A stretch of DNA of 64,000 bases from assembly GCA_010015805.1 (NCBI GenBank), contig ML978129.1, positions 558,001 to 622,000 of the forward strand, given 5' to 3'. Of this stretch, positions 14,106 through 26,316 are shown one piece after another (the first letter of the stretch is position 1; each line of letters opens with the position of its first letter). The notes beneath the pieces were generated by a model. It was given only the letters and a program-made list of their open reading frames with translations. It had not been told where the DNA came from and did not search any database. A program made the translations under genes and the position numbers. The stretch comes from Rhizodiscina lignyota. Taxonomy: Eukaryota.

Positions 14106-16725
14106 GACGATTCTTGTCCATAGTTGATCTTCAAGCGCGGCCTGTTGTCCTTCTTCTCCAGCGCTTAATGATAACTCTTTTAATCGTGCTCCGGGGTCAT
14201 GTTGGCGTCTGGCGTTCTTGTTCTGTTTGCGTGATTGGGTCACGTCCCAGACTTTGCACGGCGTGGTCGGCGGGGTCCAGTCGCTTTTTCCAGTTTCTGC
14301 GATGGCTCCTAAGCTTCCATTGTCCAAAAGTCTAGATGGTTTCCGGTCTCATGGGTTCCCGTTGGGTTGTGGCGCCATCATTTCCATTCTCTTTCTTGTG
14401 TTCACCAGTCATTGGATTGGCCTGACGAACTGACGACTGTACATTTCCACTGTAATGTCTGATCCTGAAAGTCCAAGTGTACATAGACAGGGTCCAAAAA
14501 CCTCGGCGGGATGGGTCGGCGAAATGCAAAGCGTTCCTGATATTCAAACCTTTTTTGACAGTTTGGGCCCCAGCAGCTCTTATATACAACGACAGGTGCG
14601 CACAGTTCTCCAGCCCCCGTGTCTCGTGCATCGAATCGGCTACGCTTGCGCGGGCTTAAAAAACAATTTCCCGTTACTCTGGCGTCAAAACCTGCCGGGC
14701 AATGCTGCTTTGCTCAATGCTTTGGGCGGAGGGATCGTCAAGAGTCGGGATACGCAGCATGAATCCACCGACCACCGACGCCCATCCCGCTCAACGGAGT
14801 CAAGGCACAAGTCACATTCCCTGCTCCCGTGTTCGCACAGTCGGTGTCGTGCAGCGAAGAAGAAAAGAAAGGGAGATGGAAGGAGCGCGGCTCCTGCGCC
14901 GTCGGGGTTGGCTACGGGTTGGCTAACGACCTTGAGGCGCCTTTGGGGCTTGTGGAACTCGAAGCCCTTGCACCGTTGAGCAACGGTCATCTACGATTCC
15001 CACACGTACCATCTGGAACGCAGCCAATCTCGCGGCTGGACCCCAGATTTTCGGGCAACACTTGATCAAGATGTGGCTCCTCCGAGACGTCACTGCGAGT
15101 TGCCACTGCAGCCACTGCATGTCCCGTCAGGAACGGTTCCCGGCAGCAGCACATGGCCCATCGGCGTGCGCAGAACTGGGAAAGCCGCCGCGATTGCCGG
15201 TGCCAAATCACCTCCAACACTGCCCTCTGATTCTCTACACGGCAAGCCAAAGCAGTCTAGCAGCAGTCTCCTGAGTCCTAACAAGGGCACACATGAAACC
15301 CCTAATACAGACGGGCATGAAAACTCTACCCTTGGCTCCGGAGATGCTCCTGGACGGCCGTGACGGCTTCGGCTCATCCCGTAGAAGGGAGTGATAGTGT
15401 CGGAGAAACGGCCGCCACGAGGAGATTTGGCGCCGGCAACGGCCTATGTGCGACTGAGACTCACGTGTGACTTGTTTTTTGATGGTCTGTTCGTAGCAAA
15501 GGAATGGCAAGAAGCCCTTGCGTTGCAGATGCCGGACATTTGCCCGGTGATGTGGTGGTTAGGGATACGTGAAGTGTATTTTAGGTTTGCTCGCAAACTC
15601 ATTGGTGGTGAGGGCGGGAATGCCGTCAGCATCAGAACGTTAAGCCAACTTCACGATTACATAGTCAGCTGCGACACTCGGCCGTCCAGCACTGCACTCG
15701 CACCGCGCAGAAAATAAAGGCGAGGGCCGCGCTCTCGAATTTTTGGAGACTGGCTGGGGGTGGCAGAGACCTCTGAGCCTTTCGGAGAGGGCGGGGGAGG
15801 TCCGCCTGTGGACTCAGGAGCAGCGTTGGAGTGCGTGCGGCTCTCCAACCCGACGCGGCTGTGTTCGTACTGCTCAATAATTCCTCACCACGGGGATATT
15901 TCTGCTTCCTGCCCCTTCGGAAGATAATGGCACAATGCAACGCGCCGGTCGGACGCGGTAGCTTCCCCTTTTGATCATGCGGTGCAGTCCTGAGCAAGAG
16001 TTATCGAGGACAGCACAGTTGTGCAGCTCAGTTTAAAGTTGGGAGGCATCGCCAAGGCAATAGTACAGATCCGAGCCGGGTTGCAGCTCTTGCCGGGGGC
16101 GCGCTGGGGGTGCTGGCGGCACGCAAACGGGTGCCGAGGCCCCTAGACACAGTTGAGCCTCTCGGGGGTTGGGCAGGGCTAGCGTCCCATTACTCGCGGC
16201 CCCTGCATGTCTCTGAGCGGCTCCGGACACAACGCGACGATCCACAGCATGCTATCTTTGTGGACTGCCTGGTCCACAACTCCCCAAGGCGATGCGACGG
16301 ACACTCTTTGCAACGCCTGCTCGGAAGCATCGCAGTCTGAGCTTCTCCGCCTGGAAAAGGGCGTTCGGACGCGGGCCACGCCTTTCAGTTGACGCGAGAT
16401 CCGAGATTAGGACCCCTTTTCGCTCTGCCACGCTACTTTTCGCACTCCTCCCCACACCGTCTGATCTGACGGCGGCCGCGGAGCGTGCGAATCTGGCCAC
16501 AAACGAACCGCAGGCCAGTCGACATTTCGGCATGGCTGGCAATTCGCTCGACAAACGTGGCAATAGCCTCAGCAGTGGAGAGCTGCTCGCTGCTGCCCCC
16601 CAGCAGCTCCTCAGCCATTTCCAAATGCCCTTTGTTTAGCAACACTCCAATGCCGCGGGAAAAGCGGGGCCGACAGCAGAGCGACGACGCAGATTCTCCT
16701 GAAAATCCGTCGGTGTAGCTGTACG

Positions 16726-16733
16726 TATATAGA
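16726..16733 (+). promoter_or_regulatory. TATA box of the THN reductase gene
   Basis: TATATAGA ~130 bp upstream of the ATG at 16859, followed by a CA-rich leader. Confidence 0.5.
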
Positions 16734-16858
16734 GCTTGTGCTGTGCCGGTCGTGCCTCCCTCTTGTCCTGTAGTCCAACTGATTGAATAATTTGTGCCTG
16801 CTCACCGCCATCAACCTACACCAAACCAACCCCACACTTCAAATTTCACAAACTCACA

Positions 16859-17777
16859 ATGGCCATTGGCGAGAGCACCCAGATCCCTTCGTGGAGCCTT
16901 GAGGGCAAGGTCGCCCTTGTCACCGGCTCTGGTAAGTTCGAGACTGTCCCAGAAATGCAATTGAGCTTCAATTGACGAAATCCACCAGGCCGTGGCATCG
17001 GCAAGGCTATGGCCACCGAGCTCGCCAAGCGCGGCGCAAAGGTCGTCGTGAACTATGCAAACTCCGCAGAGGCCGCCGAGAAGGTCGTCCAGGAGATCAA
17101 GGGCTTCGGCGGTGACGCCATTGCCTTGAAGGCCAACGTTGCCGACGTCAAGCAGACCATCAAGCTGATGGACGACGCCGTCGCCCACTTCGGCAAGCTC
17201 GACATTGTCTGCTCCAACTCTGGCGTTGTCTCCTTCGGCCATCTTAAGGATGTCACCGAGGAGGAGTACGACCGCGTCATGCAGATCAACACCCGTGGCC
17301 AGTTCTTCGTCGCCCGTGAGGCGTACAAGCACCTCGAGGTTGGCGGCCGCATCATCCTGATGGGCTCCATCACCGGTCAGGCCAAGGGCGTTCCCAAGCA
17401 CGCCGTCTACTCCGGCTCCAAGGGCGCCATCGAGACCTTCACCCGCTGCATGGCCATCGGTAAGAGCCACATGTATCAATTTCTAGAGAATCCTTCTAAC
17501 GCGCGTTGCAGACGCTGGTGACAAGAAGATCACTGTCAACTGCGTTGCTCCAGGTGGCATCAAGACCGACATGTACCACGCCGTGTGCCGTGAGTACATC
17601 CCGAACGGCGAGAACCTCTCCGACGACCAGGTCGACGAGTACGCCAAAACCTGGTCGCCAGTCCAGCGTGTCGGCCAGCCCATCGACATTGCCCGCGTTG
17701 TCTGCTTCCTCGCCTCCCAGGACGGCGACTGGATCAACGGCAAGGTCCTCGGCATTGACGGCGCCGCCTGCATGTAA
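16859..17777 (+). CDS. THR1: 1,3,8-trihydroxynaphthalene reductase (SDR, DHN-melanin; BRN1/3HNR); exons 16859-16931, 16989-17459, 17512-17777
   Basis: VTGSGRGIG NADPH motif, [16 protein letters not shown] catalytic motif, [16 protein letters not shown] segment typical of 3HNR; strong C-ending codon bias. Confidence 0.93.
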
Positions 17778-18188
17778 ATTGCCCACTCCGCGAGTCGTCC
17801 TTCACACCCTCTGCCGCCTCCATCAATACCTCTGTCGACAGCCACCCTCGTCACCAGCTCCATACCCATACCATAATCTAGTCATCGATCCGGCGAGATC
17901 AGCGGCGGCGTTGGCTTAGAAAATTTAGACTAGTCTTGACATACTGTGCATGAAAAACTGAACGGGAGGAAAAAAGCGGGCAGCGTCGGGACGAGGAAAA
18001 GGTTCAATACTGCTACCTACTTTGACGTGCTGATGTCTGTTTATGTACTTGAAGATAGCCTTAATGTCAATATGCCTTCTCCTCCAATCCATTCCAAAAT
18101 CGATACTTCAAAAGGTGATTGTAACCCCCAGCATTGGTGAAGTGGCATGATATCGTTAGACGATTTGTATTGCTCTAATACGCGAGGC

Positions 18189-18215
18189 TTGTAGTGAATC
18201 CGGAGTTCACTACAA
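18189..18215. repeat. Inverted repeat, 10-bp perfect stem with 7-nt loop
   Basis: TTGTAGTGAA-TCCGGAG-TTCACTACAA. Confidence 0.8.
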
Positions 18216-18220
18216 TGGCA

Positions 18221-18304
18221 AGGCCGTGAGGTGAAAGCCGTGAGGTGAAGGCTGTGTGGTGAAGGCTGTGTGGTGAAGGCTGTGTGGTGAAAGCCGTGGG
18301 GTGA
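18221..18304. repeat. Minisatellite, 6 x 14 bp (consensus ARGCYGTGDGGTGA)
   Basis: Units aggccgtgaggtga, aagccgtgaggtga, aggctgtgtggtga x3, aagccgtggggtga. Confidence 0.9.
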
Positions 18305-19009
18305 CTGAGAAATAAGTGTGCAAATAAAAATATCACGCATGAAATATATATATAGTCAATGGCTCAAACAATGCTCGACTCAACATACGAAAATACTGGC
18401 ACTCTGCCTATTGGCGAGGGCCTCGGGGTGTCTTGAGAGCCAGTGAGAGAGCTGGACTTACGATTCCAAGATGGAACCTGCGCAATACAGCTGTCTGCTA
18501 ACACCAGCGAATGTCACCCAATCGTAGAGCCGGGTCTGAGCTGGCTTCCGCTCTATCTGAACTCACAGATAGACTGTGGTTCAAGTAGAAGAAATGCCTC
18601 CTCCAACTTAGCGAAATTAGAGCGTAAATATCTTACATTGCCAATCGTTAACGTATCTCTACATCTTGGTCCACCACTTTACTGTTTGGTGGCACTAACA
18701 CCTGCTTGACTTTACTCCCCTGCTACAGTAGTAAGATCGCCTCCCTCATTGGTCGTTGATCGCAGCTTACCACCTTCTCTTTGGTAGCTTAATATTCGAA
18801 TGGGATGAAGCAGCAGCCTGCATGACTTCCCGAACGTATCTCAAAACCTCCGATGATTTAGACTTGGGCATGTTTTTGCCGCACGGCCGTCGCATATGAT
18901 CACACGATATCTAGATAGCATAGTGCTGTCTTGATCTCAGCTTGCGAGATGAAGAGCGACCATACAACTTTATATAAGAACACCAAATGAGTGTAGACGA
19001 CAGAATACA

Positions 19010-19906
19010 TTGGCATTGATGCTATCAGCTAACATGCTAGCTCGAGCTCGGGATGTCCATCGGAATGTTGAAAGATGGCGACAAACGCATTCGTTCGCGC
19101 GCTTTCTTCCCTTCAAGACAAACTCGACGGCTACATTTATCGAATATTGTTTAAGAGACATCCAAAACTTTATAGACACCTGGTTCTCCAATGTGACATT
19201 GCGGAGGCGACACGAAATAGCTGAGGTAGAGAGGAGCAGAGAGCTGGTCAGGAAAGTGCCTGCGAAAGGGTGAAAAGCTCGACACGATTACGGAAGAAAC
19301 CACCAGGCTCGAGCAAATGCCTCGGCGGACTCTTCGAAGAAAAGAAGGCGCGGAAAGTACGAGAGATCGGAACCAGAGCACTTGATATCAATCAAGAAGC
19401 CACCAGAGCTAATGATGTCTGAGATTCCATCCAAGTCACTACCACTTCCGCCGCCGCAGGCAAATACACCTCATATGTATCAAGAATGAGCTCCCTCTCC
19501 AATGCCAGATGAAGACTGCGAAGCTGAAGACGAAAGGGACATGGGCCAGTCAAGGTACAACAACTTCGCGAGGCATTGCCATGCATTGTGCAATGCCGAA
19601 GGAAGTATGGATGCCTTTGTTTACAGACCGAGACTATACTCCCTGTTTGCTGCAGGCATTTGCTCGGCGTCAGAATGCTCGACACTGCCAGTATATCTGC
19701 TTCGATCTTCTCTCAAAGCCCAGGCTGCCAATGCGACTCTAGTTCAAGTACTGCAATTGGTGTCGACAGTGCCTGACGATCTGAAGGCTGCATGGGACTA
19801 CCTGTTTGAAGTGCTGCGTGCGTGCGACAGAACGATTGAAATATATGAAAAGGAAGGAGAGAACGCCCCTGGGCAGATGGAAGAGGAGCACTCGGGCAAT
19901 GATTGA
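19010..19906 (+). other. Possible orphan or degraded gene (ORFs 19010-19273 and 19502-19906)
   Basis: Two same-strand ORFs with protein-like helical composition and an acidic C-terminus; no family recognised and no clean splice model found. Confidence 0.25.
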
Positions 19907-21174
19907 AAAAGAGTTGAAAGACGAAATGGGTGGGGCAGCCATGAGTGCGAGCGCAGTGAAACCGTCGCCGACGGAAGTAGTGGAGTAGGTAAGACTATGA
20001 AATAGCAAAGACTCTGGGATCTAGAGAAAGGAATCGAGTCTTTAAATGTGCCCGGCGTACGAAGGAGCTAGTTTCTCGTAAGCGCATGAGACCAGCAACG
20101 GCGTGTCTTTTCCGCGATAACGAAAAGCAAATATTCTAAGGCAGGTCTGGCAAGCTATTCCCTGACTACCTCAAATGCAAGCTCATTGATATGCGGGGGC
20201 TTCGTAGAAGTGCTGAAGGCAACTGTAGTAGAGTAGCTCTGTAGACTGCCCTCTCGTAAAGAACTAGCTTCTTCGTACTTCCAACCCCGTTCACCTCAGA
20301 AAATGAGGTAGGCAGATCCTTGAGCAAGAGACCAAGAGGCGAAGATATAGTCTCGGTTGAGATCTGGACTCGACAAATTATACATCCAGCGGGGTGAGGT
20401 GTTGCCATTAAGAACCTTAGTGACACAGTGCGGTCACACTCGTCCAACACAAACACTCCAGGTGTGTGGTCAACAGGTCAGTTACGACCCTCATTCTGAA
20501 TTCGAATTGATTAAACAGGGAGCACAAGAGTGGCAAAGGCGCCTCTAACGCTCTTTATTTAGTGGCTCCCTCGTCTACGATATTCGATGGAGGTAGTCAA
20601 AGACGCAAGCTCAGGTCAAGTCTGCCCTGTGCTCGCCAGTTGTTCCAATGTGGTGATATTAGGGGCTTCCACGGTATCAAGCAGGTGAGGTCTGAGACGT
20701 GATCAACCACATCTGAAGGCTTCTAAATGATGAAAATATGAAAATGAAGGTGGCACTCTAAAGAAGAAATAATAGAATTAATGCTGCCGCGATCATGGCG
20801 GCATCGGGGTCATACTTTGGTTGCGGCGGTGGCATTTAGGATCTTATAATAGGCACAAGTACAGACAAGTGTCCTATTGGAGGTGTTACAAATGCAGCTT
20901 GTCGCTTTGATGGGTTAATTGATTGGATTAGTGAGCTGGGGCGGAATATGCGGAGGGTGAGCGTTGAGTGGCTAAAGTGGTCGAGTGCAAACCCCTGTGC
21001 TGTAAGTGGAGGGGGACTTTGGAAGGCGTTGCAATCTGTCCTTCTTCAAGCCATAAATTATTCCTCTTACTCCACCTCGTCGAACCACACAACCAACACC
21101 CGCTCGACGGTTATTTAAAGCCATCAAGGAGCGTTCCTTTTCATTTTCACATTTGTTTCTACATCACCTCCAAC

Positions 21175-23100
21175 ATGCGGACGTCGCTCGCATTACTCTT
21201 CGGCGCTGTCGCGTCTGCGCTCGCATCAGATGTCCTCTCCCTCCACAAGGACGACTTTGATGAATTCATCCAGGAGAACAACTTGGTTCTCGCTGAGTTC
21301 TTTGCACCTTGGTGCGGCCACTGTAAAGCTTTGGCTCCCGAATACGAAGAGGTTCGATTATCTACCTACACTAAATACCAAACACTAACGAAGGGATAGG
21401 CGGCGACAGCACTGAAGGAGAAGAATATTGCATTGGCAAAGGTCGATTGCACGGAGGAGTCGGAGCTCTGCTCGAATTATGGCGTCGAGGGCTATCCAAC
21501 ACTGAAGATGTAATTTCCGGGTCGCACGTATGCTCATCGCACTTGCACTGACTTTGTCGCAGATTCAGAGGCCCCGACAACATTACACCCTATGGCGGCC
21601 CGCGAAAGGCGCAAGCGTATGTTTGGGCATTCTGTTAACTCTGAAAGGTTGCGGTTACTGACTCGTTCCAGGATCATCTCCTACATGACGAAGCAATCTC
21701 TCCCCGCCGTTTCTGTCCTCGATAAAGATTCTCTTGAGGAGTTCAAGACAGCAGACAAGGTCGTTCTAGTCGGATACTTCGCGGCGGATGACAAGGCGTC
21801 GAATGAGACATACCAGGCCGTCGCTGATAAGCTGCGTGATAGCTTCCTGTTTGGTGCTACCAGCGATGAGAGCTTGGCGAAGGCCGAGGGCGTCAAGCAG
21901 CCTGCCATCGTTTTGTACAAGTCGTTTGATGAGGGCAAGAACACCTTCGAGGGCAAATTCGACCAGGAGCCAATTGAGAAATTCGCCTCGACGTCAGCTA
22001 CACCTCTCATTGGCGAAGTTGGCCCCGAGACCTACCAAGGCTACATGGCTGTGAGTTCTAGCCACTATAGCATCTGAAGTTTATTATAGCGGTATGTGCT
22101 AACAACACCTCGTCCAGGCCGGTATCCCTCTTGCATACATCTTCGCCGAGACACCTGAGGAGCGGGACGAGATTGCTAAGGAGCTTCGGTCTGTTGCTGA
22201 GAAGCACAAGGGCGCGGTCAACTTCGCAACCATCGATGCCAAGTCATTCGGACAGCACGGCGGCAACTTGAACCTCGAGGTTGGCAAGTGGCCTGCCTTT
22301 GCCATCCAGGAGACTGCCAAGAACCAGAAGTTCCCCTTCGACCAGAGCAAGAAGCTCACCTCCAAGGACGTTGGCTCTTTCGTTGACGACTTTGTCGCTG
22401 GGAAGATCGAGCCCAGCATTAAGTCTGAGCCGATCCCAGAGAAGCAGGAGGGCGTTACCGTCGTGGTCGCGCATACATACAAGGACATTGTGTTGGACGA
22501 CGATAAGGACGTGCTTCTAGAATTCTATGCAGTAAGTTATCCAATACTATGAATTTGAACTGAGAACTGAGCTAACCTGCTTCTAGCCTTGGTGCGGTAC
22601 GTATCCGATCTGCAGTCTAGAGACCTGCAATCCAGAGATTTGCAATTCAAACTAATAATATCGCAGGACATTGCAAGGCTCTTGCGCCGAAATATGACGA
22701 GCTCGCCGAGTTGTACGCGCCGCATTCGAACGTTGTCATCGCCAAGGTCGACGCAACCGCCAACGACGTCCCTGATGAGATCCAAGGCTTCCCAACCATC
22801 AAGTTGTATCCAGCTGGCAAGAAGGACGAGCCAGTCGACTACACGGGTAGCCGCACGGTTGAAGATCTCGCCAATTTCATCAAGGAGCACGGTAGCCACA
22901 AGATCGAAGTCAAAATTGGCAAGGAGGAGCCGAAGCGCGATGAGGCAGACGAGAGCGTAGTTAGCGCCGCACCTGCTGCCACTGAGACAGCCGAAGAGGG
23001 GGAGGGCATCGCAGATAAAGTTAAGGACGCCGCCGAGAAGGTGAGGGAGGCGGTCATGGATGGCGATGACGAGGACCCGGATGTGCATGATGAGCTGTAA
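21175..23100 (+). CDS. PDI1: Protein disulfide isomerase (7 exons)
   Basis: Signal peptide [17 protein letters not shown]; first APWCGHCK site; second WCGHC reassembled across the microexon 22587-22596; C-terminal HDEL. Confidence 0.97.
22607..22651. repeat. Degenerate 15-bp x3 tandem repeat inside PDI1 intron 6
   Basis: gatctgcagtctaga / gacctgcaatccaga / gatttgcaattcaaa. Confidence 0.7.
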
Positions 23101-24439
23101 GCTCCAAGTGACTATTGAAATGCGTCGGAAACCATTCTCCAGGAAAGCGAGAATCGAACAATAACAATGGAATAAAAGCATCATCACGGACACCGGGACA
23201 CGAATTCAAGCATGGTTCAATCGTCATGATATCTGGCAGTCAACAGACCGGCTGGATATTTCAGTTCAATGGCTTTTTGGGAGTTGCGTTCTCGTTTGGC
23301 CGCTCTTCGAGTGGATTGGCGTTAGCTGGATATATATGTATGCTTATTTGAAGATGACCATGCTGTTCTAAACGCATTGAATTTTGCAGCTCCCAAATGC
23401 CGTTCACACTTGGAAATTTATCACATCGTGAAATGTCGGGATGAGACAGAGCGGCAGAATGTGGCAGCTTCACTTCGAGACTCGAACCGTATTTCAACAT
23501 CTCATCTGCCCCTCCTTGTCAGAAGGCGATCGATACGGCTAGCGCGTGAGCACGTGTACTCGGTGTAAATATCGTTCCTCGCCTTTAGAGTTCTCCCTTT
23601 TATCAATCAATGATATTCGCCACTTCGTGGTAGATATGCTCCAACCCTCCATGGCTTCAAAGCCCTGCAATTCCCTTTCTGTGCTTTTCGCTGATAAACG
23701 ATTAGATGAAGGGATTATTACGACATGTCCGTCTCTCTCACGATGACGGTGATCGCAGGCTTTTTTGAGGCTTACCTTCCTTCACATTCTCGACATCCAG
23801 CCGAGCAGTTCACGATAGGCGTGGCAAGTCCAGCATGCCGATTCGGTCATTTCGGAGCCCGCTTCTCTTGCTCCGCAATCGCAGCTTGAACTGCGATAAC
23901 ACTCGACGTGAGCTGGCCGCGTTTCAGTGTGCTGACCTTTGCAGGCGGGCCGGGAGAAACAAAACACCACCGCGCAATGGCATGCCTTGTAGGTGTATTC
24001 ATTCACTCCCTCGCATATATGATGGTCATCTCCCACGTCTCATTGCCTTGATGCTCTCGAGAAGCAGCGTCGTCTTGACCCTCTGGTGAAACACCACAGT
24101 CAGACCCTCCTCCACAGGTAATTAGTAGAGTCTCTTTGAGCAGTTGCGAAACTGTCAGACCTTACATCTACGAGATACTGCTCAGAGAAAAGTGCGCCAT
24201 TTGTCGTTTCATAAGTCTCCACCTCATGACGTTTCTCTTTCTTGGCCCTATCAATGCGCTTGTTCTGCGCCCGCTTTTGTAGTGCAAGAATCACGGCTGC
24301 TCCTGGCCTTTTGCTCAAGCCGGGATGCGAACGCTCTGGCCCTGATATAGTTCCCCCTCGCTGTCCTAGTTGAATCCTCAGCGTTTGTCTCACTACTGGT
24401 TTGCTCTCCTCCCACCGGGCATGCCCCAATGTGCACGGG

Positions 24440-26316
24440 ATGAGGTTCTTGAGCCCACTTGTGGGCTTTCTAGCTCTCGTTTATTTCGCTAGACCGTCTT
24501 GGGCCCAGCTGTCACCCGAGAACTTGACCGCAAACAACTTTATTCGTCGAGGGTATCATTCGTGTATGTCTACAGAAATGAACCGCCGGTGTTTAGCATT
24601 ACTGACGCAATAGGAGCTGTTGTTGCCCAGGACTGGCTCTATATTGATGGCGGGGAGGTAACCTTCATGTTCAACGATGAACAGCTGGCTGTTCCTTGTA
24701 GGAAGCAATGTGTGGTCAAGCCTGTAGCACAAACACTAATGGCGTCTCAAAGCGAATACATTCTTCTCACTTGATCTTTCCATCAACTGGACTACAGCCT
24801 CTGCGAGTCTCAATTTCTTGGACAAACCTGCAAACTGCCCATCTCTTAACAAGGGGGCGCTCTGGTACGATGCTTGGGACGGAACCGTGTTTGCAGAGTT
24901 TAGTGGCGAGTCGTCACTGTTGCCTGCGAGCTTCAACCAAACCTGGCCGCTGTCGATATGGCGATTCACTCCCGATTCCAAGGGTTCTGGCGAATGGGTC
25001 GAGACCATCTTTCCAACCGACCCTATGTGGGCACACTTTACAAGACCCTCGTCCGGGTTGACAGCCTTTGCTCCACTCGGCGGAGTCTACTTGGGAGGCT
25101 ATTCGACATTCACAACAAGCCCACAGACGAACAATTTGCCCACGGATTCTCAAGTTCCTCTTCCTGGCATGGTTACGCACAATTTCCAGACGGGCGTGTT
25201 CAACAACGAGTCCGCAGCCGCCTTTGGCGGCATTGGCACAGCGCAAGACGGCGTAATGGTCTATGTGTCTACTTTTGGCTCCGGCGGACTGTACGTAGCG
25301 CTAGCTGGAGCAGCTCCTGGGCCGATCGAGAATTCGAGCACTCCCTTGCAGCTTCGCGACATGAACAATATCACGCTATACGATCCTGCAAGCGATACTT
25401 GGTACTGGCAAGAAGCCACGGGCGACATTCCAGAGCCGAGGATCAACAGCTGCGCTGCAGGAGTACAAGGTGGTGCTGGGTCCAATCTCACCTTCGACAT
25501 TTTCCTCTACAATGGATGGACTGGGACTAGCGGCCCGGAGAATGATGCTCTTGATGGCATGTACGTCCTTTCCCTTCCGGCTTTTCGTTGGACAAAGATT
25601 AATGCGGAGGCAATGGGTCCTCGGGCGATGCATACTTGTCATACAGTCTCGCGGCAGATGATTGTCGTTGGTGGGTTGGATCCGACATCTGGACCATCGA
25701 TCAATGATTCGAGAAAGGACACTTTTCCTCTTGGCCTGGGTGTTTTCGACATGACAGAGCTGACATGGACCACTCGGTACGTGGAGAATGCGGCGCCGTA
25801 CGCACAGGCGTCTCAGATCAAATCAATATATTCAACAAGGTTCGTTGGGAATGGATATCAGCTGCTAAAGGCTTGAACTGACCAAATTTTTACAGCCGCT
25901 TCCCGAAGTCGTGGAGTCGGCCCGCATTCGACACGGTCATTAAAACCATCAATCCGAATGCGACTCTCTCTAGCAGCCTAAACTCAACAGGCAACTCTGG
26001 CATAGGAGCAATCCCTTCGGGTGGCGAGGCCGCGTCAATGCCCAGCGGGAGCACTGTCGCGCTTGCTATCGTAGCTGGCCTTTTGTTTATTGGGTTTGCG
26101 GTCACCATTCTGTTCTTGCTTAGAAGCCGCCGAAGAAGGCGTGCGTCGCTCTCGACAGTAACGGTGACCGAGAAGGACGGGACGAAGATTACAGTGACCA
26201 CGTATGATCGGGCGGGCTCCGTGTCGGAGATGGCTGACACCCCAATCAATGAGCTAGACGGCAGTAAGAATATCGTGGAACTGAATGCAAAGTCCAGGGT
26301 GGAGCTGCCAGCATAG
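24440..26316 (+). CDS. Kelch-repeat (galactose oxidase-like propeller) type I membrane protein, 4 exons
   Basis: Signal peptide MRFLSPLVGFLALVYFARPSWA; LYIDGGE, WYWQEATGDIPEPR, YVLSLPAFRW, HTCH and MIVVGG motifs; TM segment VALAIVAGLLFIGFAVTILFLL followed by RSRRRRR. Confidence 0.85.

Noticed and set aside
14455..16718. ORFs between CMR1 and THR1 (e.g. 174 aa at 14455-14979)
   Set aside because: No domain features; more simply the CMR1 3' region and THR1 promoter.
16811..17869. Long antisense ORFs (222 aa, 128 aa) opposite THR1
   Set aside because: Shadow ORFs expected from the strong codon bias of the sense gene; no motifs of their own.
18221..18304. CRISPR-like appearance of the repeat
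   Set aside because: Head-to-tail 14-bp units without unique spacers, eukaryotic context, no cas genes.
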